DNA of 64,000 nt. Origin: an uncultured Phycisphaerae bacterium (lineage in GTDB: Bacteria > Planctomycetota > Phycisphaerae > JAAYCJ01). Position 1 is the first letter of the stretch. Each line of letters begins with the position of its first letter. The stretch is from the NCBI GenBank assembly GCA_964563935.1, contig CAZLZE010000004.1, positions 6,514 through 70,513 of the forward strand. Reading direction: 5' to 3'. The position numbers and the translations under genes are program-made. The notes under the pieces are model-generated. The model made no database searches. It was given only the letters and a program-made list of their open reading frames with translations, and was not told where the DNA came from. Below are positions 48,955-59,433 of the stretch, piece after piece.

Positions 48955-50706
48955 TTGAACATTTTCCAGACGGGGAGACATCTGGTCATGCCCAACGAGC
49001 AGATCGCAGCCGACCGCCGAAACCTGCGGTACAAAGTGCTGCGATTTCTGGTGTGGATCCATGTCCCGCCCCTGCTCGTCATTCCCCTGATTCACGTGGC
49101 CTTCAAAAATCCCGACCCCGGTGATCTCGCGGGACGGGCTATCGCGGCCCGGTGCACAGGGAACATGGCGGAAGAAAAAAACGCCCTGGCCAAACTCATC
49201 CAAGCCGAACCCCTCAACACAAAACACCACTATCGTTACATCAACGTATCCTTCGACGAAATGGAGGGCGCCGACACCCGGGAGGAACAAACCCGGGCCT
49301 TATGTTTCGAGTATCGTCAACGAACATGGGAGAGAGATCCGAAAATCTCAAATATAGGCCATTTTGGCCTCGGACTGTGCCACCTGCGCCAAAAACAATA
49401 CAACTGGGCCATGGAGTCGCTGCTGAATGTATCCGATCCCAACATACCGGGTCTGAACTACCTGCTGGGACGAACGAACACCGAACTCCGGCAGTATCTG
49501 GAGGCGGAACGATGTTTCCGCGAGGAGATCCGCAAGGGCAGTTTTCTGCTTCCTTCCGTCACGGACCTTGCCCATCTGCTCTATGATCAGCAAGAGTGGG
49601 GCAAACTCCATGAGTTATGCCGCGATCCCGCCACTCGGCCCCACGTTCCGACTCATCTGCTCCGAATACAAAGCTTGCACGAACGCGACTCTCGCGGATA
49701 CCTGGGCGCATTCGCCCGCAGTATCAGCCAAAACGTCAGTTGTCCCGGATTGATAGGCGGAATCCTGATCACGGTCGTGTGGCTGGCGTTCCTCAAACGC
49801 CTGGATGTCTTCGAGCCCGAAAAGGACCGGTATCTCGCCATCGCCCTGGCGGGCGGCATGTCAGCCAGCCTTCTGGCCCCGGTCCTCTACGATCTCCTGG
49901 AACACTATCTGAATTTCAGCATGACAGACGCCTGGATCGGAAACCTCGTCTACTGCATCTTCGGCATCGGCCTCGTTGAGGAAATCGTCAAAGCCGTCCC
50001 CCTGCTCCTGATGATCCGCCTCAGCCGCCAGTTCAACGAGTCCATCGACTACCTTATCTACGCCTCCGTCAGCGCCCTGGGATTCGCCCTCGTCGAAAAC
50101 ATCTTCTACTTCAACGAATCCTGCCTCTTCCTGATCGAAGGGCGCGGGCTGATCTGCGTCATCGGACATATGTTCTACACCGCTCTCGTCGCCTACGGTA
50201 TCATCCTCGCCCGCTATCGCCATCGCGGTACCGTCGCGGGAAACGTCCTGCTCTTGCTTCTCCTCGCCGCCGTACTGCACGGGCTCTACGATTTCTGGCT
50301 TTCCCTCCCCTTCCCCTGGGGGCTCCTCGCCGTCACCCAGACCGTCCTGGCAGTGGTCGTCTACAATCACATGGTAAACAACGCCCTGAATCAATCGGAG
50401 TTCTTCGACCCTCGCGATCTGCCCAGACTGCACCACCGGCGGGAAAAACTCGGGGTGTCCCTGGTCGCAATCGTCCTCGTGGAATACATCATCCTCGCCT
50501 GGAAGTATGGCCCGGAACTCACACAGATGCATTTCTTCCGTATGCTGACCATTACCTCATTCTTTGTCTTCTTCCTCTCATTCGGCCTGAGCATCTTTGT
50601 CCCCCTCCGGCGGCATTGGATATCCCCAATCAGCGACTTTCGCCGAAAGTACATCCTGATGAACAGAGACTGGTTTCGGCTCCTTGGGCAACGTCGCAGC
50701 CGTTAA
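48955..50706 (+). CDS. PrsW-family intramembrane metalloprotease with an N-terminal soluble domain
   Basis: 'EEIVK', 'FALVENIFY' and 'HMFYTAL' motifs across multiple TM helices. The start could be 48955 or 48988. Confidence 0.55.
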   Translation: MNIFQTGRHLVMPNEQIAADRRNLRYKVLRFLVWIHVPPLLVIPLIHVAFKNPDPGDLAGRAIAARCTGNMAEEKNALAKLIQAEPLNTKHHYRYINVSFDEMEGADTREEQTRALCFEYRQRTWERDPKISNIGHFGLGLCHLRQKQYNWAMESLLNVSDPNIPGLNYLLGRTNTELRQYLEAERCFREEIRKGSFLLPSVTDLAHLLYDQQEWGKLHELCRDPATRPHVPTHLLRIQSLHERDSRGYLGAFARSISQNVSCPGLIGGILITVVWLAFLKRLDVFEPEKDRYLAIALAGGMSASLLAPVLYDLLEHYLNFSMTDAWIGNLVYCIFGIGLVEEIVKAVPLLLMIRLSRQFNESIDYLIYASVSALGFALVENIFYFNESCLFLIEGRGLICVIGHMFYTALVAYGIILARYRHRGTVAGNVLLLLLLAAVLHGLYDFWLSLPFPWGLLAVTQTVLAVVVYNHMVNNALNQSEFFDPRDLPRLHHRREKLGVSLVAIVLVEYIILAWKYGPELTQMHFFRMLTITSFFVFFLSFGLSIFVPLRRHWISPISDFRRKYILMNRDWFRLLGQRRSR

Positions 50707-50847
50707 CGATTGCCCGGATTGGACCCTGTCAGGCGAGAACGCGGCTCTCAGTCGCTCATAAAAGATTTTGATGCCTCCTCAAGATGAAAGTTGAAACCGG
50801 CGGGACAGCCCGTAATAATAAAGTAGCATTTTTTTCGGGAGAAACTC

Positions 50848-51090
50848 GTGCCGATTTACGAATACGCGTGTGACAAGTGCGGACACAAATTCGAGATGCT
50901 CAAAAGCAAAATGGTCAAAAACTCGCGGGAGACCTGCCCGTCCTGCGGCGCAAGCGCCAAGCAGCAGTTGAGCAGTTTCGGAGTGAGCGTCACCGGTGGT
51001 TGCTCGCCCTGTGCCGAGGCCGTTGAAACCGGCGGGTGCCCAAACTCACGGTCGTGCGCCTCCGGCGGTTGTCCGTTCTCCGGCATGTAA
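50848..51090 (+). CDS. FmdB-family zinc-ribbon protein
   Basis: 'MPIYEYACDKCGHKFE...CPSCG'. GTG start. 80 aa. Confidence 0.7.
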   Translation: MPIYEYACDKCGHKFEMLKSKMVKNSRETCPSCGASAKQQLSSFGVSVTGGCSPCAEAVETGGCPNSRSCASGGCPFSGM

Positions 51091-51110
51091 CCCAAGGAAA
51101 CCTTACGGCT

Positions 51111-51506
51111 ATGGCAAAAACGAAAAACCAAATTGATCCGATGTGGGCAATTGCCTTGAACTGGATCGTTCCCGGCCTGGGACACTGGTACATCGGCGAA
51201 AAAGTCCGCGGCGTTATCTTCTTCGTAACCATTACGCTCACGTACTGGACGGGTATCCTCATCGGCGGCGCTCTCAGCACGGTAAACTTCAAAACAAACA
51301 CCGCCTGGTTCTTCGCCGAGATCTTCGCCGGCGGATACACGGTCCTGGCGATGCTCCTGGGAAATTTGCCCGGAGCCGTGCCGTCGTACAGCAAGACCCT
51401 GGACCTGGCCACCATCTACGCCGGTGTGGCCGGCCTGCTCAACCTGTTCGTTATTCTGGATACGACTATCCGTACCGGCGATCAGCCCGAGGCGGATGGC
51501 CAATAG
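51111..51506 (+). CDS. hypothetical multi-TM membrane protein
   Basis: 131 aa from the ATG at 51111, 20 nt after the fmdB-like stop. Three or four hydrophobic helices. Confidence 0.45.
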   Translation: MAKTKNQIDPMWAIALNWIVPGLGHWYIGEKVRGVIFFVTITLTYWTGILIGGALSTVNFKTNTAWFFAEIFAGGYTVLAMLLGNLPGAVPSYSKTLDLATIYAGVAGLLNLFVILDTTIRTGDQPEADGQ

Positions 51507-51530
51507 AGAACACAAAACCTAAGGGAACTT

Positions 51531-51767
51531 ATGGACGTGACGAGCCTGATCTTTGCATTACCGTTTCTTCAACCGATCATCTGCGATAGCGGCCGGCTCT
51601 GGATGCTCCTGCCGCTTTCCCTGGCCGTCGCCATCGTCTACAAGGCTACTCGAATCAAGGACCTCAAAGCCCTCCCCGTCGCCTGCCTCCTCCTCTGGCT
51701 CACCATCGTCGGCGGCATGATCGGTGTAGCCATCCTTCTCTACATCATCATCCTCATCTTCCAATAG
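51531..51767 (+). CDS. small hypothetical membrane protein
   Basis: 78 aa, two hydrophobic helices, co-oriented with and close behind the previous gene. Confidence 0.35.
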   Translation: MDVTSLIFALPFLQPIICDSGRLWMLLPLSLAVAIVYKATRIKDLKALPVACLLLWLTIVGGMIGVAILLYIIILIFQ

Positions 51768-51839
51768 ACGATATGCTCTTTATATAAACTTGCAGGGTTT
51801 GGCGCAACACATCGCCCGGATCCCGCCCCCCGCGATCCC

Positions 51840-52631
51840 TCACGAAACGCGCCGACTGCGACGCTGCTCGCGAACGTCGCTCAACGCCTGCATCCCATTC
51901 GGATCTTCCCGCACGAGCGCACTCTTGCGGCCGTACTTCAAAATATCGATCATCCGATCCAGCGCCTGGGCCTGGTAAACCTGAATCTCATGCTTCTGCA
52001 GCGGGAAAAACGACAACTCATGACACACCTTCACCGCCAGGTTGAACCGCCGGCTGTGGGTCAGCCGGTGGACGTTCATGAAAATGCTCCGGTTCAGTCC
52101 ATACCACTTCATCTGGGGGTACAGGTGATCCTCCAGAAGCTGTTCGTTGGCCACCGAAGAGTCACTCAATAACCTGCGAACCGTCCGACGATGACCGGGA
52201 TTCATCATCTGATCCGCCATCAACTCCCAATACAAATGACCCAGCGTCACCGACGAACCCGTACGAACGAGCTGCCGGGGAACAAAATCATTGTGAGCGA
52301 CGGTGTCCGCCGCCAGGTGGGTGAGAAATCCGTGGGCAAACGCACGCGTCCGATCGTCGTGTGCGTTATCAAGCAATCTCCAGCCCGCGCCCCAGTCGTG
52401 CGTCCGACGTCGACGCCGACTGAGCTTCTTTCCGATCATCACGTCGGCCAGAAGATTACCAAGCGAAAAATCCTTCCGATAACGCAGCAGAAGCGAACCA
52501 ATTCCCGCCGCCAGCAATGATGCCTGGCTCAACAACGACTCCGTCAACTCAACGTGAGTCATCAAGCCCCAGGCATACACGTTACCACTCAACACCAAAA
52601 CGGCGAAAATCGCCAATATGATCGCTCTCAT
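51840..52631 (-). CDS. zinc-dependent phospholipase C-like protein
   Basis: Signal peptide then 'AWGLMTHVEL' (W at the mature N-terminus plus His). 'FLTHLAADTVAHNDF' His/Asp cluster. 263 aa. Family assignment is tentative. Confidence 0.4.
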   Translation of the reverse strand: MRAIILAIFAVLVLSGNVYAWGLMTHVELTESLLSQASLLAAGIGSLLLRYRKDFSLGNLLADVMIGKKLSRRRRRTHDWGAGWRLLDNAHDDRTRAFAHGFLTHLAADTVAHNDFVPRQLVRTGSSVTLGHLYWELMADQMMNPGHRRTVRRLLSDSSVANEQLLEDHLYPQMKWYGLNRSIFMNVHRLTHSRRFNLAVKVCHELSFFPLQKHEIQVYQAQALDRMIDILKYGRKSALVREDPNGMQALSDVREQRRSRRVS

Positions 52632-52734
52632 GTTCGTTACATATCCTGTAAGGCAACGCCAGCTCTCAACCTCTCGCTGCCGACGTAGTTACACCACAAT
52701 GACAACCCGCGCCGACCACCGGCAGCTATTGTAA

Positions 52735-52770
52735 ATTATACCATGCTTCCACAACAAGTCGTGGTATAAT
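52735..52770 (+). promoter_or_regulatory. extended -10 promoter element within an inverted repeat
   Basis: ATTATACCA (52735-52743) ... TGGTATAAT (52762-52770). The second arm is a TGnTATAAT extended -10, about 120 nt upstream of the small Cys-rich ORF. Confidence 0.4.
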
Positions 52771-52890
52771 AATACCGTCGGCAGGATGAAATACTCAAGT
52801 TAGGAACGTAATAAAGCGATCCGGGGAAGGACCAGAACCGGCAAGGATGGAGGCCAACGCCTAGTTCCTTGCTACAGAAAGGTTTATATC

Positions 52891-53214
52891 ATGATACAAT
52901 GCCAGGACTGTGAATTTTGCGTACAGGATGAGATGGGGCGAATCCAGCTCCGCTGCAACCCGTTCTCCAACGCCAAAGAGCCCGAATGCCTGCAGAAATG
53001 GATGCTCCTGAAAATGGACCTCCTGGTCAGATCATACCAAGCCACACTGAACTTCTACCAGAAACTTGCACCCCTGCAGGAAAAAATGCTCAAGCACATT
53101 GAACGGGAAATTGAGGATATCGAAGAGTCCGACCGCTGGAAATCCCCCGAGGAAACGGTAGACGAGGCTCCGTCGGACGATCAGGACGACGATCTGGATC
53201 AACGCCTGCCGTAG
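52891..53214 (+). CDS. small Cys-rich hypothetical protein with an acidic tail
   Basis: 107 aa. 'CQDCEFC...C...C' at the N-terminus and a D/E-rich C-terminus. Confidence 0.35.
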   Translation: MIQCQDCEFCVQDEMGRIQLRCNPFSNAKEPECLQKWMLLKMDLLVRSYQATLNFYQKLAPLQEKMLKHIEREIEDIEESDRWKSPEETVDEAPSDDQDDDLDQRLP

Positions 53215-53262
53215 CGACTCTTCGAATACGACTCAACAAACGTGACGAACAGTGGCACACGC

Positions 53263-53616
53263 TTACTGGTAAATATACTCGTTACCCACAGCCGGGGCTT
53301 CCGCCAAAGGCTGATTGAAGCGGACGACAAGACGCCGAAGCGAGGAGTTATACCACTCGTTCCGATAGACCGTTCCGCGAACGTGGTTGTGAACGATGTC
53401 AAACGAACCGTTGATCACCCGGGGATACATCAGTCCAAGCTCGATCTCCTGGCCGCTCCATAAGTTCCGGTCATTTTCAACCAGAATGGCCGCACCGTCC
53501 GAATTCAAGTCCACCATCCGCGTTCTGATACCCCCACGAACATTGTTCATGAACACCTGACTGTCCCAGGAGTACCTCAGTCTTGGTTCGCGCCGTCGAT
53601 CAACGTTGGCAATCAT
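53263..53616 (-). CDS. PilZ-domain protein (c-di-GMP binding)
   Basis: 'RREPRLRY' and 'DLNSDGAAI' match the PilZ RxxxR and D/NxSxxG motifs. 117 aa. Confidence 0.6.
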   Translation of the reverse strand: MIANVDRRREPRLRYSWDSQVFMNNVRGGIRTRMVDLNSDGAAILVENDRNLWSGQEIELGLMYPRVINGSFDIVHNHVRGTVYRNEWYNSSLRRLVVRFNQPLAEAPAVGNEYIYQ

Positions 53617-54232
53617 GTTTTTCTCCCTTTATCGAAGCGTTCTCTCTGAGCTTAACGACATTCGATATTTCGACCGGAATGTAGGGGTACTTTACCTAAT
53701 TACCCATTTTACACACCTCTAACACCTTAGACATAAAGCGATTGGGGTAAATGGTTCAGACGTGAAACGCAAGCTCGACCTGTGTGGTAAGTGTGAAGTG
53801 ACAGAAAATTGCATCCAGCGATCTCATTATGATGAGCCCGCAAACCGCCCATAACACTCATAAGAATCTACAACTACAGTAGTTAGGTCGCACCAGAAAT
53901 GCCGGAGACCCATACCGGTCTGCCTATATGCCAGTGATCTCCAATTCCCTCAACCGCGATCCGGCATCCGACGCTTCATCAAAATCGGCTTCTGGTTCGA
54001 CACAATCATCTCCTTCACGCCCAAAACAGGCTGATCTCCTCATCATAAACAGTAAGCGAGGGAAGTCGAGCCTTCGTGGGGTACGTCGTGACGCACCATC
54101 TTCTCTTAATGTGGCGTACACTTTAGTGCGGAATATTCTCTTCGACTCTTGCGACTTTCCCGACTTCTCCTGCCTCAAACTGACCGCCGAGAACTGCCAA
54201 CTGACAGTTCTTCCGCCCTCCGCGTCTCTTCT

Positions 54233-56035
54233 CTACAAGCCGCCACTCGCATGCCGTATCAAGCACGCAACAACACCGCTCAACAGCAGTAATCCCATCG
54301 ACGCGCATCCGCCGGAAGGCGTGGGCGTGACCTCACCACCGGACACGTCACCCACGATAATCTGAACCGGATCGGACGTTCCCGACACTCCTTGCACGTC
54401 GTAGGCCTTGGCCGTCACCGTGTAAGAACCCGCGGGAACCTTGGACCAGGTAAAACCAAACGGCGACACCATCGAGGTCCCCAGCAGCGTTTCCCCACAA
54501 TAGAACTCCACCTTTTGAACATTGCTGTCGATATCGGCAGCTGTGACGGTGAATGTAACGTCGTCGTCGGGCGCAAACCATCCCGCGCCGCTCGGACTGG
54601 TGATGGAGACCTTCGGTGCGTCGTTGATCGGGTTGACAATGACGCTGACCAGGCCGCTGCTGGTCAACACTCCGTCGGTCACCGTGTAGCGGAAAGTATC
54701 GAACCCGTTGAAGTCGGCGCCGGGAGTATAGCGTACGGTTCCGTTCGCGTTGATCGTCACCGATCCGTATTGGCCCTGGGTAACGCTCTTCAGGGAAAGC
54801 GGGTCACCCTCCGTGTCCGTGTCGTTGTCGAGGACGAGGATATCGACAGCCACGTCTTCGTCCGTGCTCATCGCGTCCTCGATCGCCCGTGGCCGGGTGT
54901 CTGGAACGGTAACGTAATCCAGCGAATTCGTGTCCGCGCCGCAAAAACTGATGTGAGGCCGTCCGCTCCGATCAAGCACCAGCGAAAACGCGTCGTCCAG
55001 AACCCCACAGTTTCGGACCGTCTCCTTGTGCCAACCGGAATCGTCTTTGTATGCGAATTTCAGAGTCTTGTTTGTCAGGTCCAGGTAACACATCTGCGGA
55101 TTGCCGTTGCGATCGACCACCAGATCGACGTTCCGTCCGATATCAATCCCGCTCGCCCCATCAATCACCTCGATGGCCCATCCGGAATTCGATCTGCCGG
55201 CCAGTTTGAGACGCTTGTTCGCCTCATCGTAGTATCCGATGAAGGCACGTCCCTTGCCGTCGAATCCCACAGCGCTGAATCGTCCGACCTGCCTGGCCGA
55301 ATCGACCGTCTCCGCATTCCACAACCCTCCCGTCGTTCGGTAGGCAAACTTCAGTCGCTGCCCGTCCGCGTCGTAATAACTGATCCCGAGATTACCGCCC
55401 GCGTCGAACGCCGCGGAAACGCACCACCCAATGTTGATCCCCGGCCCGTCCGCCAGTTCCGTCCCCCACGTCTCCGCCTCCCTGATGGCAAATTGCAAAC
55501 TTCGGTCGGTGACGTTGTAGAAGGCGATGCCGGGCCGATTCTGACCGTTCACCGCGATGGACGTACAACTCCCGGTGTCCGCCGATTCCGTTCCGTCCGG
55601 CGTTTCAATTGTCCAGCTTGCGCCTTTCTTGAATGCGTATTTCAAATCCTTGTGAAACGCGTCGTAGTAACTGATGTGGACGGCGTCGTCGCCACCGACC
55701 GCCAGCGAACAGTGCTGTCCCACATGGTCTTCATTTCCCACGACCGTGCTGTGCCAACCCTGGCTGTCCTTGTAGGCGTATCGTGGCCTCTGAATGGCGG
55801 CATCGTAATATCCGATGCACGGATACCCCTCGCTATTGACGGCAATGCGTGATCGGCTGCCGGCATCCACCGCGGGGTCCACTGTCGTATAAACCCAATC
55901 CAAGCCGAGGGCGCTGGGCGTGAGAAAACAAAGGGATCCCCAAATCAGCAGGACATAGAGGCGTCGCATCATCAATCTCCACTCTTCTTCAAAGAGCCGC
56001 GACCGTAAGGGAGAGGGTGTCTTCTTCCTTTGCAA
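54233..56035 (-). CDS. secreted repeat protein: six ~45-aa 'YYD...LK(F/Y)A' repeats plus a cadherin-like/VCBS-type domain and a hydrophobic C-terminal tail
   Basis: Signal peptide. Repeats 'ISYYDADGQRLKFAY'. 'VLDNDTDTEGDPL...YTPGADFNGFDTFRYTVTDG' is cadherin-like. C-terminus 'SGGCASMGLLLLSGVVACLIRH'. Confidence 0.55.
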   Translation of the reverse strand: MQRKKTPSPLRSRLFEEEWRLMMRRLYVLLIWGSLCFLTPSALGLDWVYTTVDPAVDAGSRSRIAVNSEGYPCIGYYDAAIQRPRYAYKDSQGWHSTVVGNEDHVGQHCSLAVGGDDAVHISYYDAFHKDLKYAFKKGASWTIETPDGTESADTGSCTSIAVNGQNRPGIAFYNVTDRSLQFAIREAETWGTELADGPGINIGWCVSAAFDAGGNLGISYYDADGQRLKFAYRTTGGLWNAETVDSARQVGRFSAVGFDGKGRAFIGYYDEANKRLKLAGRSNSGWAIEVIDGASGIDIGRNVDLVVDRNGNPQMCYLDLTNKTLKFAYKDDSGWHKETVRNCGVLDDAFSLVLDRSGRPHISFCGADTNSLDYVTVPDTRPRAIEDAMSTDEDVAVDILVLDNDTDTEGDPLSLKSVTQGQYGSVTINANGTVRYTPGADFNGFDTFRYTVTDGVLTSSGLVSVIVNPINDAPKVSITSPSGAGWFAPDDDVTFTVTAADIDSNVQKVEFYCGETLLGTSMVSPFGFTWSKVPAGSYTVTAKAYDVQGVSGTSDPVQIIVGDVSGGEVTPTPSGGCASMGLLLLSGVVACLIRHASGGL

Positions 56036-56041
56036 AACGAC

Positions 56042-57031
56042 CTAATTCGTCTTGATCGTCTTTTTCGCGGCTTGCGTGAATCCTGTGGAAGGCAAATCGG
56101 TCGGATATGGCGTGATCTTCTTCTCTTCCGACGGCGTCTTGGCCGGTTGGAGCGATTCAAACCATTCGTGGAAATCCCTCGACAGCAGACCCGACTCGAT
56201 CAACTCCGCCAGACTGGTCTGGCAGGTGCATTCCGGCTTAATCTGCGGCAGTATGCCCAGCAGGCTTTCCAGGACCGCCGGCATCTGGTCCAGGGCGTCC
56301 TTCGCTCGGTGGTCTCCGTCCGCGATCATCAGATTGCTGAACAATCCACCCGCTTCGTAAGGCCTGTGGACGCTTCCCGTCTCCGCAAAGTCGTGAATGA
56401 AGCACAGACTCGCGTAACACATCTGCAGTTCCCTGGCCAGAAAGGCCTCCGGAGCCAGACTGTGACCCAGGAGATCCGCGCCCCACTGAGCGTATTTCCG
56501 AACCTCCGCCCGCGTCTCGCGACGAGGACCCTCTCCGCACAAATACGTTCCCGTCTCGCTGTATTTGAGTCCCAGATGATGCAGCGTATCCGCCAACGCC
56601 GACCGCAGCGTCGGACAGAACACGGGCCATTGACGAAGATCCAGAATCGCCCCGTGCTCGAAAAATGTACCCACCCGATGCTTCGTTTCGTCGATCAGGT
56701 CGTCCGCCAGAACAAATTGTCCCACGCGGTAATTGTGCGATACCGCCCGGGCGCCGCTCCAGGAAACAATGTGCGTCACGCCCAGTTCCTTCAACGCGTA
56801 AATATTCGCCCGGTGATTGGCGAAGCTGCTGGCGATCGGAACGTTCCCGTCCGAGTGCCGAAGCAGGACATGGTATCGCCCCGCCGCCGTCTCGCACTGG
56901 TAGACCGGTTGTGACATTCCAAACGGGGTCCTGCGAGGTCCGAGGCGATTTCCAGACAGCTTCCCACTCTCAAACAATTCCTTCGTGAAGCTTCCGCCGA
57001 TACAGGCCAGCGAAAAAGACAATGTTCCCAT
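56042..57031 (-). CDS. purine-nucleoside/5'-methylthioadenosine phosphorylase-family enzyme with a C-terminal extension
   Basis: 'CIGGS', 'TPFGMS', 'RHSDGN' and 'NHRANIYALKELGVTHIV' match the MTAP/PNP family. 329 aa. Confidence 0.65.
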   Translation of the reverse strand: MGTLSFSLACIGGSFTKELFESGKLSGNRLGPRRTPFGMSQPVYQCETAAGRYHVLLRHSDGNVPIASSFANHRANIYALKELGVTHIVSWSGARAVSHNYRVGQFVLADDLIDETKHRVGTFFEHGAILDLRQWPVFCPTLRSALADTLHHLGLKYSETGTYLCGEGPRRETRAEVRKYAQWGADLLGHSLAPEAFLARELQMCYASLCFIHDFAETGSVHRPYEAGGLFSNLMIADGDHRAKDALDQMPAVLESLLGILPQIKPECTCQTSLAELIESGLLSRDFHEWFESLQPAKTPSEEKKITPYPTDLPSTGFTQAAKKTIKTN

Positions 57032-57039
57032 TCCTCCTC

Positions 57040-57789
57040 CTACCCTGAAACCACTGTGGGGGGACTGATGACGGCTGCCTGAGGGAAAACCTCGTCAATA
57101 TTCAGATCCTCCAGGGCGGTTTCTTGACGCAAAAGATCAAAAAATTTACCCATCTTCTCAAGACGTCGACGGGCAATCTTCTTGGACGTCTCCAGATGCA
57201 GCGCGCTCTTAATCCGGGCTTCCCAGTAGTTGTACTCCTGTTGCCGATTCCAGCCTTCCACAACCTGACGTACTGATTTGCCCTGTGAATGTGCGGCACG
57301 AATCTGAAGCGTGATCCCCAGGAGTCCAAAATCATCCAGATTGTCCGCATCGGCCAGCACACGGGTCTCCGGGAGGCTGGGACGCGGCTGTTTCAATTCC
57401 GTGATGGCCTGCACGACTCGCTTTAAGGCATTGGCTGATAACAGTTTACCGATCTGGTCGGATGCGATCTGCGAGCTCCGCTTCAGCAGTTCAATGTCGG
57501 CTTGACGAGTCAGGACCTCCGACGGGTGGATCTGACCGGTATTCACCAGATCGACCCAGCCGGCGTCGTGGAACATGGCACAGGCGGCCAGAACCGCAGG
57601 ATCCATGGGGTAATTGCTGATTTCCGGGTCCTTTACCAGAAGTTTCATGGTTTCCAGGACACGAAAGGCATGATCAAACACCAGTTCCGGCGGGGCTTTG
57701 ATGCTGGATCGAGCGATCGTCTTCAACGAAGACCAGCCGGACGTCAGATAAGTCCGGGCTCGATCGACAATATCATCGCTGTAGCTCAT
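57040..57789 (-). CDS. HD-domain protein
   Basis: 'AMFHDAGW' H-D motif. 249 aa. Confidence 0.5.
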   Translation of the reverse strand: MSYSDDIVDRARTYLTSGWSSLKTIARSSIKAPPELVFDHAFRVLETMKLLVKDPEISNYPMDPAVLAACAMFHDAGWVDLVNTGQIHPSEVLTRQADIELLKRSSQIASDQIGKLLSANALKRVVQAITELKQPRPSLPETRVLADADNLDDFGLLGITLQIRAAHSQGKSVRQVVEGWNRQQEYNYWEARIKSALHLETSKKIARRRLEKMGKFFDLLRQETALEDLNIDEVFPQAAVISPPTVVSG

Positions 57790-58094
57790 AACACGGCACC
57801 AATAGTCCGAACGGTACGTATTTCCTGGAAACGAAACGCCTTCGGCACGCAGATATGCTTCTATTCTACCATTTTTTTCAATTTATGCCAGTCCCTGGTT
57901 ATATTCCTACAGGCACAGACTGGACTTATTCGCCAACACCGCCGGATATCGCGAAAATGCGAAATTACCTCGTTTTGCCCTTTATCCCATAAGGCTCGTT
58001 GAATATACTACGGGGTCGGAATTTTGGACGCCGATGCCGCAAGGCAGCTTCGGCCCGTCGAAAAGAAGAGCACCAGAAAAGGAGAATGCATTTA

Positions 58095-59018
58095 ATGGCA
58101 GGTACTACCGCGTTTCTGTTCCCCGGACAGGGAAGTCAATATGTGGGTATGGGACTGGATCTGTATCAGAATGTCCCTGCCGCAAAGGATATTTTTGACC
58201 GGGCCGATGCCCTCCTGGGCTTCAAGATTTCCGAACTGTGCTTCACCGGCCCTCTGGAAAAGCTCAACGCCACCGATATTCAACAGCCGGCAGTGTTCGT
58301 CATGTCCGTTGCCGCCCTGGAAGCGATGCGGGCGGGCGCAAAGTATAAGGATGTAACTCCTGCCTATGTCGGCGGTCTGAGCCTCGGCGAATACACCGCT
58401 CACTACGCGGCTGGGAGTCTCGATTTCGAACCGGCCCTCAAGCTCGTTCAGGCGAGAAGCCAATTCATGCAGGAAGCGTCCAAAATGGTCGACAGCACCA
58501 TGGTCGCGATCGTCGGCCTGGAGGACCAGAAGGTCCAGGAAGTGTGCGACCAAGTGCGAGGCAGCGATGTCCTGGTTCCCGCGAATTACAACTGTCCGGG
58601 ACAAGTGGTCGTCTCCGGACACCGCGCCGCGTGCGTGCGCGTGGCCGATGCGGCCCAGCAGGCCGGCGCGATGAAGGCGATTATTCTCGATGTGGCGGGC
58701 GCGTTCCACTCGCCGCTCATGCAGCCGGCGGCGAACCGACTGATGACCGTACTGAACCAGACGGAATTCCGGTCGCCGAAGATTCCGGTCATGGCCAACG
58801 TCGATTGCGAGTTCCACTCCGACCCAGCCGACATCCGCCAGTCGCTCTTCCGCCAGTTGACCTCCAGTACCTACTGGGGCAAGTCTCTCAAAAAGTTCCA
58901 GGACCTCGGCGTGACGGATTTTGTGGAAATTGGTCCCGGCCGAACCTCGGCAGGATTCCTAAAACGCATTGACCGCAAGGCAAAATGTGTTAATATCTCG
59001 GGAATTGCGGACATATAA
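58095..59018 (+). CDS. fabD: malonyl-CoA:ACP transacylase
   Basis: 'FLFPGQGSQYVGMG' and 'GLSLGEYTA'. Start at the ATG at 58095 after GGAGAA. 307 aa. Confidence 0.85.
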   Translation: MAGTTAFLFPGQGSQYVGMGLDLYQNVPAAKDIFDRADALLGFKISELCFTGPLEKLNATDIQQPAVFVMSVAALEAMRAGAKYKDVTPAYVGGLSLGEYTAHYAAGSLDFEPALKLVQARSQFMQEASKMVDSTMVAIVGLEDQKVQEVCDQVRGSDVLVPANYNCPGQVVVSGHRAACVRVADAAQQAGAMKAIILDVAGAFHSPLMQPAANRLMTVLNQTEFRSPKIPVMANVDCEFHSDPADIRQSLFRQLTSSTYWGKSLKKFQDLGVTDFVEIGPGRTSAGFLKRIDRKAKCVNISGIADI

Positions 59019-59019
59019 A

Positions 59020-59052
59020 AGCTGTCAGTTGTCAGCTATCAGCTTTCAGCTT
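59020..59052 (+). repeat. left arm of the 33-bp inverted repeat flanking the four-helix-bundle gene
   Basis: AGCTGTCAGTTGTCAGCTATCAGCTTTCAGCTT, starting 2 nt after the fabD stop. Confidence 0.8.
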
Positions 59053-59073
59053 AAAGACGAAGAGGGCTGATCA

Positions 59074-59433
59074 TTGCAGGATTTTCGGAAGTTGAATGTT
59101 TGGAAAAAGAGCCATGATGTCGTCCTGAAGATATATGGTGTGACGGCGAAATTTCCTCCTGCTGAAATGTATGGATTGACGAGCCAGATGAGGAGGTCCT
59201 CCGGCTCCATCGCGATGAACATTGCGGAGGGATGCGGACGAGGCGGCGACACGGACTTTGCTCGGTTCCTTGCCATGGCGATGGGATCGGCCAGTGAGCT
59301 GGAATATCAGATATTGTTGGCCAAAGACCTTAACTTTGTGAAGGACCCTGATTACAATTTGTTGTCGTCGGATGTAATAGAAGTAAAACGAATGCTATCT
59401 TCTCTTATCCAAAAGCTGAGAGCTGATAGCTGA
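59074..59433 (+). CDS. four-helix-bundle protein (the family encoded in 23S rRNA intervening sequences)
   Basis: 119 aa. '[18 protein letters not shown]...[15 protein letters not shown]...[22 protein letters not shown]' matches the conserved core of this family. TTG start after GAAGAGGG. Confidence 0.65.
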   Translation: MQDFRKLNVWKKSHDVVLKIYGVTAKFPPAEMYGLTSQMRRSSGSIAMNIAEGCGRGGDTDFARFLAMAMGSASELEYQILLAKDLNFVKDPDYNLLSSDVIEVKRMLSSLIQKLRADS

